A model generated the notes under the pieces. The model was not told the DNA's origin. It did no database searches and saw nothing but the letters and a program-made list of their open reading frames with translations. Shown piece by piece: positions 43,413-50,365 of a stretch of 64,000 nt of DNA. A program made the translations under genes and the position numbers. The stretch is from IMG/VR virus record IMGVR_UViG_3300028833_000003. The stretch is one strand, 5' to 3'. The DNA is from a virus. Within the stretch, counting starts at the first letter, position 1, and every line of letters starts with the position of its first letter.

Positions 43413-44069
43413 ATGGCTTCTAAGTATAATGACATTTTTGGTGATACTGAGACGCTGGGTCCGCTGGATAGCCCCATCATTTACAATGGTTACATGCATT
43501 GCAGGGAAACAGATGAAGAAGTAAATGCACTGATTAATGAATATTTCTTCAACCTTGAAAAATTCGCCACAGCGTATTATGCAAACAAGCGTCCGCAATA
43601 TTTGGACGATTTGTGGGACAGCAAAATCTTTGCTGAAAATTTTTGGGACTTCCGCAAAAAAGTGCTTGCCATGCTCAACCCCAATAAAAAGAACAGATTT
43701 TTCGCTCACAATGCGAGATTTGATGTTATGGCATTGAATAACACTTGCAGAGCGTTAAGCGATGGAAAAGTGAAATATTTCTTCCCCTATGAAGTTGAAG
43801 TTTGTGATACTCTCAAAATGGCGCGTCAAGTTGTCGCAAAAATGCCCACCTACATCAAATACTGTCAAGAGAATGGATACATGACCAAGCACAAGACGCC
43901 CAGGGTTCGCCTGACCGCTGAAATTCTTTACAGATTTATTACAAAAGATGAAGAATTTAATGAAGAGCACAGAGGGAAAGAAGATGTTCTGATCGAAGAA
44001 AAAATTTATGACTACATCAAGAGACAGCATAAAAAGTGCAATCCTGCGCTCTACGCCCGCAAGGCATGA
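43413..44069 (+). CDS. DEDDh (DnaQ-like) 3'-5' exonuclease (218 aa)
   Basis: Promoter -35 at 43338; FGDTETLG (Exo I), FFAHNARFDVMAL (Exo II), EEHRGKEDVLIE (Exo III, H-x4-D). Confidence 0.7.
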   Translation: MASKYNDIFGDTETLGPLDSPIIYNGYMHCRETDEEVNALINEYFFNLEKFATAYYANKRPQYLDDLWDSKIFAENFWDFRKKVLAMLNPNKKNRFFAHNARFDVMALNNTCRALSDGKVKYFFPYEVEVCDTLKMARQVVAKMPTYIKYCQENGYMTKHKTPRVRLTAEILYRFITKDEEFNEEHRGKEDVLIEEKIYDYIKRQHKKCNPALYARKA

Positions 44070-44508
44070 GCGCAGGCGGCCCGGGCCGAAAATTGTATAC
44101 AAAAAAAATTTCAAAAACCTATTGACAAGAACCTGAATCAGCAGTATAATATAAGTGTCCCAAGGGGCAAGGGACAGTCAAGGCCAGGTTGCCGAAAGTC
44201 AACAGAGACAATACGCATGGACTACAGAAACATTTGGCCATTAGCAAACACAATGTGCGAAAAAAGTTTGCGAAACCCCTTGACAAAGCCCACAACCTGT
44301 GGTATAATGCAAATGTAAGATAAAGGAAAGGGGAAAAATAAAAAGCCACCCCAATCCCAATGCGCAAAAATGCAAGGCTTTGCTTCCATGTGCTTCTTAC
44401 AAAGTCAAGAAATAAAAAATAAAAAAAGTTCTTGACAAACACCACAAAGCATGATATAATAAAGATGTTCCAAGAGAACAAAAGGAAAAAAAGAAAGAGG
44501 TAATGAAA

Positions 44509-44898
44509 ATGACTAACATCACCAAGAACATGAAGTACGCTGACATCCTCTCCATCCTGCATGGCGAAAATCCTGCCTATGGTTGCTCCATCGAAACTCT
44601 GACCGCTTTCATCGAACATGAAATGGAACTGACCGCGAAAAAGAACGCGGCTCCCAAGAAGCCTTCCAAGGCTCAGGTGGAGAAGCAGGAGGAGAACAAG
44701 GTTCTCGCTCAGACGCTGTTTGAAGTCCTCGCGGCTCATGGTAAGGATGTAAGCGTCGCGGAAATCAAGAAACTGGATGATCGCTTTGTGGATCTGTCCT
44801 CTCCCAAAATCACTGCGCTGTTGAAAATCCTGATGGATGAAAACCGCATGGTCAAAGATGATAGCGGAAGGGTGGCAAGGTATCAGGTTCTCGCCTGA
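44509..44898 (+). CDS. paralog family A member 4 (129 aa)
   Basis: ATG 44509 8 nt after AAAGAGG (in-frame ATG 44503 too close to RBS); three stacked promoters (44122, 44280, 44432); closest to member 2. Confidence 0.75.
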   Translation: MTNITKNMKYADILSILHGENPAYGCSIETLTAFIEHEMELTAKKNAAPKKPSKAQVEKQEENKVLAQTLFEVLAAHGKDVSVAEIKKLDDRFVDLSSPKITALLKILMDENRMVKDDSGRVARYQVLA

Positions 44899-45007
44899 TA
44901 CCTCCGCCCCTCGCGGGCCCGGGCGCGAAAAAAACATTTTCAAAAAGGTATTGACAAGCTGATTGCAAGGTGCTATAATAGAACCATCGAAAGGAGCTGA
45001 TGACAGT

Positions 45008-45436
45008 ATGACGAAGGAACAGTACATTGAACAGTATCTCGATGAGTATGAGCGCAAGCACCCTGATGAACGAATTGATTATGAAAAGTTGCGTGAGCAG
45101 GCTGACTGTGAATGGTATGACAAGCAGGTAGATGCAGGCAAGAAGACTGAATACGATTTGACCAAGGAGCAAGAGAAGGAAGCCAAGAAGGCTCGACAGT
45201 ATGCCAAGTCTGACAAGGAGCGCAAGAAGGTTGTGCGGGAGCGCAAGCCTGATGAGGACAAGCGCGAAATCATCGAAGTCATTGCACAGAATTTGAAGCG
45301 CGTTTGTACTGAGGATGACCAAATGGCAAAGGAAATCACTGTTGTAAATCCTGAGCGTGAAGTCACCTTTATTTTGCGGGGCGTTGAATACAGCGTCCAG
45401 GTTATCAAGCATAGACCGCCCAAGGCCCCTCAGTGA
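45008..45436 (+). CDS. paralog family B member 2 (142 aa)
   Basis: Promoter -35 at 44951, AAGGAG RBS, ATG 45008; paralog of 39806..40255. Confidence 0.7.
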   Translation: MTKEQYIEQYLDEYERKHPDERIDYEKLREQADCEWYDKQVDAGKKTEYDLTKEQEKEAKKARQYAKSDKERKKVVRERKPDEDKREIIEVIAQNLKRVCTEDDQMAKEITVVNPEREVTFILRGVEYSVQVIKHRPPKAPQ

Positions 45437-45540
45437 GGGGCCGCCCGGGCGAAAAAAAATTTTTAAAAAGTATTGACAAGTGCGCGAATGGATGCTATAA
45501 TAATGGTGTTCCAAGAGAGAACAGAAAGGGCTGATAAAGA

Positions 45541-45771
45541 ATGTGTGATTGTGTAGCAAGTGCAATGTTAAATGATTACGAGCGACAAGCATGGACCTTT
45601 ATCGAAAAGGGAACCCGCATCATTAAACTTTGCACAGAATTAAGACAATTAAATTGTAACAAAGAAACTGTTGATTTTGCTTTGGTGTGGTTAGAACGCT
45701 CAAAGAAAACTCCTGAGGAAATTATTCAAATGGTCAAGCTCTATCACAAAGATTTGGAGGATGAAAAATGA
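45541..45771 (+). CDS. hypothetical early protein (76 aa)
   Basis: Promoter -35 at 45473. Confidence 0.65.
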   Translation: MCDCVASAMLNDYERQAWTFIEKGTRIIKLCTELRQLNCNKETVDFALVWLERSKKTPEEIIQMVKLYHKDLEDEK

Positions 45772-45977
45772 ATATTGTGGCGCGTGGGTATAGCATTTCA
45801 CTGAACAAAGAGGAAGAAAATTTTACAAACAAGATAGTCGATTTTGTTGATAAGCTGGAAAAGGAAATCTTTGAAGCTGGTGCATTACCTCCTGATGATT
45901 TGCAAACAGTTTTTGATGCTTTAAGAGATAACGCCTGCAAGCTCAGAGACAATGAATTTTATGATGAAGGAGAATAA
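45768..45977 (+). CDS. hypothetical early protein (69 aa)
   Basis: ATGA overlap with the previous gene, GGAGGA RBS. Confidence 0.65.
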   Translation: MNIVARGYSISLNKEEENFTNKIVDFVDKLEKEIFEAGALPPDDLQTVFDALRDNACKLRDNEFYDEGE

Positions 45978-46056
45978 AAAAAGTATTGACAATCCTTCCC
46001 ACCTGTGTTATAATGAACATGTTCCAAGAGAGAACAAAAGAAAGGAAAGATAAACT

Positions 46057-46257
46057 ATGAATGAAGAGCGTTGCCCATATTGCCAATCTGAAAACTTCAT
46101 CACTGATGATTATGAAGAAGATTATGCCGAACAGGATAAAATCACCTTGTACTGGAAATGCAAATGCAACAACTGCGGTAAAGAATTTCACATCCAAGAA
46201 TGGTACAAGTTACAGCGCAAAACCATCTCGACCGCGGAACAGTGGGAGGAAGAATAA
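46057..46257 (+). CDS. zinc-ribbon protein (66 aa)
   Basis: Promoter -35 at 45986; CPYCQS...CKCNNCGKEF. Confidence 0.7.
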   Translation: MNEERCPYCQSENFITDDYEEDYAEQDKITLYWKCKCNNCGKEFHIQEWYKLQRKTISTAEQWEEE

Positions 46258-46458
46258 ATGACTATCCAGCGTCGCATTGTATTAGATGATGAAGAACAGA
46301 ACCTGATTACTCAGGTGGATGATTTGATTACTCAGGTTTATAATGAATTAGATTCCTCTGATAAGGAGGGCCTCAAAAAGATAATGGCTTTAACAAATGC
46401 GTTAGCCGATTTCGCCTATGATTATGGGTCTGATGACTATCGAAGTGGGTGCCTGTGA
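46258..46458 (+). CDS. hypothetical early protein (66 aa)
   Basis: TAAATG junction with the previous gene; last gene before the non-coding region. Confidence 0.6.
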   Translation: MTIQRRIVLDDEEQNLITQVDDLITQVYNELDSSDKEGLKKIMALTNALADFAYDYGSDDYRSGCL

Positions 46459-46480
46459 CCGCAGGCGCCCGCTTGTTTTT
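46449..46480 (+). terminator. terminator-like hairpin at end of early region
   Basis: GCCTG-TGACCG-CAGGC followed by GCCCGCTTGTTTTT. Confidence 0.45.
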
Positions 46481-46539
46481 CGCCCGGCCGAGCACCATAC
46501 GTGCGCAGGCCGCAATTTTGTCAAGACTAACCCCACACA

Positions 46540-46790
46540 ATTTTTACGCAAATTTTACGATTTTGTTACAATTCTGTTAATTTTCCCGAAACTTTTGTTA
46601 CAAAAGTATTAAATTTTTGTTACAAATTATTAAATTTTTATTAAATTTTTGTAATAATTGTAATAATTTTGTAATATTTTAAATTGTTACGAAAGTATTG
46701 CGAAATTGTTACAGATTTATTACGAAATTGTTACAAAACTTAACAAAATCGTAACATTTTTGTAACATTTGACCCACTTTTGTAAAAATT
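46540..46790. repeat. iteron array 2: TGTTAC(A/G) / (T/C)GTAA(C/T)A motifs, second copy of the array at 35.4 kb
   Basis: At least 13 copies in both orientations (e.g. TGTTACA at 46565, 46596, 46618, 46707, 46729; TGTAATA x3 at 46650-46676; GTAACA at 46751, 46763). Confidence 0.8.
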
Positions 46791-46796
46791 TGGCCC

Positions 46797-47153
46797 CATA
46801 TGCACCTGGGCGGCGCGTTCACGCGCCATATGCGCCGCGCCCACGAATTAATGCTAATGCTACACTCATATGCGCCGAAAATGCGGCATCCGCGGGCACG
46901 CAGATAATTTCCCTTAATCCATATGAAATCGCCGCGTTTTTTCTTGCGCACGATTACAGAATCGCAAGAAGCACCAATGACCCTCATATGCTCTCATTTC
47001 CTGACCACGGGCGTAGCAAAATCTTCCCCTCTCTGAGCCCATTTTAAGACAAAGGGAGCGACCCGACCGGGTTTTCCACTTATCTATTAATAACCCGACC
47101 GGTGCGCATACTTTTTTCCACACTACCGACCGGGTTTTCCATAGTCCCATATG
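46797..47153. repeat. dispersed CATATG(C) motif repeats in GC-rich non-coding DNA
   Basis: CATATG at 46797, 46827, 46867, 46920, 46985, 47148 (five followed by C), plus one in the hairpin loop at 47359. Confidence 0.6.
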
Positions 47154-47335
47154 CCTAACCCGACCGCATTCTATATATTTATTCACTTTGCTCACAATTC
47201 TTTAATAAATATACACCTACCCGACCGGGTTATACACAAAAAAGCGGGCTATCTACAATACTGTAAATAACCCGTTCCACTTTATATATGTAATTTTACT
47301 CAGATAACTCAAAGTATTGTGAATAACCCGACCGG
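47061..47335 (+). repeat. seven direct copies of (A/T)ACCCGACCGG-type motif
   Basis: Copies at 47061, 47092, 47123, 47157, 47218, 47269 (diverged), 47324; several followed by GTTTTCCA. Confidence 0.75.
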
Positions 47336-47351
47336 TCTGCACATTATTAAA

Positions 47352-47375
47352 AGGAGCCACATATGTGTGGCTCCT
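47352..47375. terminator. bidirectional terminator hairpin
   Basis: 10-bp stem AGGAGCCACA/TGTGGCTCCT, TATG loop, T-runs on both sides; directly after TAA 47379 of the minus-strand gene. Confidence 0.65.
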
Positions 47376-47378
47376 CTT

Positions 47379-47906
47379 TTATATGCCCTTCTCTTTTAAC
47401 TTCTCAGTCAGTGTCTTCTCTTTTACGTCCGTATCAGTCTTGGCCTTATTCGCCTCAATCACCTTTAACGCATCCAACATCTTCTGCCGCATCTCTGGTG
47501 TGAGCGTTCGATCTTTCTTTGTACCAGACCATGCTGGCATTGGCATCGCTTGCCAAGATTGCATATGTGTAGGCGAGAATGTAGTCGCAGGTGCAGTTGT
47601 ATCTTGTGCTTTTAATGACCGAATAGCAGTATCAATCCGCGCATCATTGTACATATCTTTCCAATTCCGGTGCTCAGCTAGTGCTAGCCAGTAAGCCAGA
47701 AAGGATCTAAGCGTGGTTTCTTCCCCACCCCGACCATTTTTAATAAGCTCTATAATTACATCTGCATAGTCCTTCATCTGCTAATCAGCTTGTAGTTTCT
47801 GTGCCGCATTACGCAGAGAAGTATTCATCATATTAAGGAAGTCATCTTCCTTAGGATACTGCTTCATTAGTTCATATAGTGTTTGCTAAAACATTGTATT
47901 ATCCAT
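47379..47906 (-). CDS. hypothetical protein (175 aa), contains TAG sense codons
   Basis: ATG 47906 10 nt after GGAG; two in-frame TAG (47886, 47781) upstream of ORF-track fragment 47379..47777; ends TAA. Confidence 0.65.
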
Positions 47907-47985
47907 ATTGTCATATCTCCTTATTACGAATTACGGTAACGATTAAATTCAAGGGGTCGCATATAGCAGTGTGCAGCGATCGCAC

Positions 47986-48062
47986 GACACATCCACAATT
48001 TTTAAGGACACATCCACAATTTTTAGATATGTATCCACAATTCTTAAAGATACATCCATAAC
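47986..48062. repeat. 21-22 bp direct repeats (CA(C/T)ATCCACAATT(T/C)TTA), 3 good plus 1 partial copy
   Basis: Units start near 47986, 48007, 48029, 48050, between the stop of 48082..48528 and the start of 47379..47906. Confidence 0.7.
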
Positions 48063-48081
48063 ATGTTCAATAGCTAACTGC

Positions 48082-48528
48082 TTAAATATGTATATCTGTA
48101 TCTACTTCTTTAACAATCTTCGGCTTCCCCGTCGGTATCCAATGTGGATCAAAATGCCAAAAGTCCTCATTCCTCAACCTAGCATATTCCAATAGCACAT
48201 CATCCCACTCTTTGGACCCAACCCACTGCCCAAGATAATTCAACTCATCCAAATAACTATGAACCAATATCCAATTCTTACTATACTTTATATGATCCAG
48301 CCCACACATTTGCACACGAGCCAACTGTTCAATAACACTTTGATCCCAACCAATATAATATCCAAAACCACTGAAATCACTATCAGGAACTTCATGATTA
48401 CCAAGCACATTCCATATATAGTCTCTTTCAGTAATATACTCCTCTTTCTACGTGCCGTGCAATAGCGCCGCAATCAAAATTCCCAGAAATGTAAAAACAA
48501 AAGCCAACAGTACATAACTATACCACAT
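48082..48528 (-). CDS. membrane-anchored hypothetical protein (148 aa), one TAG sense codon
   Basis: ATG 48528 after GGGAGG; N-terminal TM (YVLLAFVFTFLGILIAALL); TAG at 48448; ends TAA 48082. Confidence 0.65.
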
Positions 48529-48545
48529 CGCGCAATTAGCCTCCC

Positions 48546-48920
48546 TTAGTCTAAATTAACATATACACCATCATAAGTGCCGATTTTGTTAAATCTTCCA
48601 TCATACATGCTATTATCATTCAATACAAAATATTGCTGCGCTCGTTCATCACTCGCATCAACTATTTTGCGCAAAGTCTCACTAATCTCAATTGTATCTT
48701 GCGCTTTCATCCAAGGTATCAAATATATAGGCAGCTTTTTATAAGTCCCAATGTAAAATATCGACCCACTATAACGAAACTCAGTTGGTACTTCCTTATT
48801 ACTCTCATAGTACAAATTCGGTGTGTCTTCGACAGTCTCAAACTCAATCTTTTCCTTCAATATATATAAATACTTACGCTTATTTTCAGTTGTAACAGCG
48901 TAAGTTAATTCCATCATCAT
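48546..48920 (-). CDS. hypothetical protein (124 aa)
   Basis: Uninterrupted ORF, ends TAA 48546, 18 nt before the next gene's start. Confidence 0.6.
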   Translation of the reverse strand: MMMELTYAVTTENKRKYLYILKEKIEFETVEDTPNLYYESNKEVPTEFRYSGSIFYIGTYKKLPIYLIPWMKAQDTIEISETLRKIVDASDERAQQYFVLNDNSMYDGRFNKIGTYDGVYVNLD

Positions 48921-48986
48921 ACTTAAATCACTAGCCTTTTTCTATCTTTCATATATATTATACCAAAAATTTTTAAAAAAATCAAT

Positions 48987-49091
48987 TTTTTGAAATCATT
49001 TTTTGAAATGCTCCTTGGGCTTACGTGCCAATTTTTGAAATGAAATTTTGAAACCCCTACTCGGCCCCATTTTGAAATCATTTTTTGAAAT
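48987..49091 (+). repeat. six copies of TTTTGAAA(T/C)
   Basis: At 48987, 49000, 49033, 49046, 49070, 49083 in AT-rich non-coding DNA. Confidence 0.7.
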
Positions 49092-49103
49092 GTATCCACC
49101 CCA

Positions 49104-49138
49104 GGGTATAATTCATCACAAAGTGATGAATTATACCC
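49104..49138. repeat. perfect 16-bp inverted repeat
   Basis: GGGTATAATTCATCAC-AAA-GTGATGAATTATACCC. Confidence 0.85.
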
Positions 49139-49175
49139 CTTATTTAGATTTTTTATTTCGCTATTATTTAGATAT

Positions 49176-49243
49176 TGGTAGATGTTTTACCCAAGTATGG
49201 TAGATTTTTTACCCATAAGTATGGTAGATTTTTTACCCAATCG
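49176..49243 (+). repeat. three tandem ~23-bp iterons GGTAGAT(N)TTTTACCCA(N)AGTAT, with a fourth copy at 49887-49915
   Basis: Units start at 49176, 49199, 49222; the related copy TTTTTTTACCCAAGTATGGTAGAT lies upstream of the 49233..49838 gene, so the gene is bracketed. Confidence 0.75.
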
Positions 49244-49838
49244 GCATTTTAGTCTACATATAATGCTCAGACCAATTTAACAAACGATAACGCGGTGCTT
49301 TTCCATCGAAAAAATTTTCAAATGAAATCAAACCATTATTCTATAACACATCAAGAGCATTATGAATGGCCTATCTAGCCCGCGGATTACCCCCTAATTT
49401 TACACCCAAATGTTCTGCTATTTCTTCCTATGTAAATACATAACCAGGTTTATATTTCCAACGTTGCCCTAAATAAATATATGTTTTAATAACTGCTTCT
49501 TTAACTGTATCAGTTAAAAACTAAACAGTAGCCAAAGGTAATAATAAATAAATTTCTTCTACATTCGGCATAATATATCTATTATCTTCTTCAATTAAAT
49601 AACCAATTTCCAACAAATAATTTAAATGAACACGCAACGTCTTTGCACTTTTTATTCCAATTTTTTTACATATTGCAGCCTATGTCGGTAAATCACTCTT
49701 CAAAACAATAGTGACCCCATCTTCTGGATACGACATAGACTATAAATAAGCATATAATTCAGCATCAATGCGTGGGTCTTTCAAGAACGTAATCTCCTTT
49801 GTTAAATTAGTGTCAGCTGGAAAGCGTTTTTGAACCAT
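49233..49838 (-). CDS. winged-helix/HTH DNA-binding protein, candidate iteron-binding replication initiator or regulator (201 aa), six TAG sense codons
   Basis: ATG 49838 after GGAGGTG; six in-frame TAG, no TAA/TGA until TAA 49233; ...VFT(TAG)EEIAEHLGVKLGGNPRAR(TAG)AIHNALDVL(TAG)NNGLISF is HTH-like; invisible in the ORF track. Confidence 0.6.
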
Positions 49839-49965
49839 ACTTGTTTTCACCTCCTTCATAATCTACTGAAAGAGAAATAAGTAAAAATAACTTTTTTTAC
49901 CCAAGTATGGTAGATATTTTTCCCAAAAATTTTACCCATATATAATATAAAAACGGAGTGAATAA

Positions 49966-50196
49966 TCACTCCGCATCAGTATCGTTTGCAATAGTTACAT
50001 ATTTAGGCGCGCGAGGTGGTCTCTCAGCCAAAATTGTATTCAAATCCTTTTCAAACTTAGGATTGTTGGCAAACACCCAGCAAAGAAACTCCGGCTTACT
50101 AGGATTTGGCGTAGTAGCAACCGGTAAATTACCCATTTCAATCAACTTAGTCGCGATGCGGCGTGTGTAAATAATCTTATTAACATTCTCAGCCAT
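49966..50196 (-). CDS. small hypothetical protein (76 aa)
   Basis: ATG 50196 8 nt after GGAGG (ORF-track start 50211 overlaps the RBS); followed by hairpin GCGGAGTGATTATTCACTCCGT plus T-run. Confidence 0.65.
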   Translation of the reverse strand: MAENVNKIIYTRRIATKLIEMGNLPVATTPNPSKPEFLCWVFANNPKFEKDLNTILAERPPRAPKYVTIANDTDAE

Positions 50197-50273
50197 TTTA
50201 AATTCCTCCATTATGCGTCTGGGCGCACTTCGTTAATGTATTTGAAAGTTTTTTTGTCTCACTTTCTACATAT

Positions 50274-50302
50274 ATTATACCAAAAATTTTTCCGTCCGTC
50301 AA
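50274..50302 (-). promoter_or_regulatory. sigma-A type promoter for the minus-strand cluster
   Basis: Minus strand TTGACG-17 nt-TATAAT; back-to-back with the first class II promoter at 50304. Confidence 0.6.
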
Positions 50303-50365
50303 GTTGATTTTTTCAAAAAAATTTGTTATAATATACATATACGATGAAAGAAGGAGGAATACCCC

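Larger units (their letters stand above)
31145..46014 (+). promoter_or_regulatory. array of 36 class I promoter cassettes (A-rich UP region, TTGACA, exactly 17 nt, TATAAT or one-off variants, mostly with TG extended -10)
   Basis: -35 hexamers start at 31145, 31793, 32204, 32513, 32770, 33166, 33552, 33800, 34020, 34294, 34512, 34814, 35140, 35657, 36278, 36821, 36909, 37053, 37567, 38275, 38372, 38882, 39530, 39745, 40303, 41576, 41974, 42678, 42809, 43338, 44122, 44280, 44432, 44951, 45473, 45986. I counted the spacer in each: always 17 nt. Confidence 0.8.

Noticed and set aside
36652-45592. Long minus-strand ORFs in the early region (36969..37505, 38272..38952, 41996..42619, 42845..43288, 44119..45057, 44852..45592 and others)
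   Set aside because: They run through plus-strand promoters, terminators and several genes at once. They lack RBS and promoters and have Arg/Leu/Ser/Cys-rich composition. They are shadows of the plus-strand genes.
37087-46036. TGTTCC...GGAACA motif as a LexA (Cheo-box) SOS operator
   Set aside because: The Gram-positive LexA box is GAAC-N4-GTTC. Here the half-sites are in the opposite order (GTTC ... GAAC) with variable 3-7 nt spacing.
46418-47195. ORF-track ORFs 46418..46612, 46709..46987, 46769..47047 and 46914..47195
   Set aside because: They overlap each other on both strands and cross the iteron and repeat fields. They have no RBS or promoter and have Arg/Cys/Pro-rich composition. The region is better explained as non-coding regulatory DNA.
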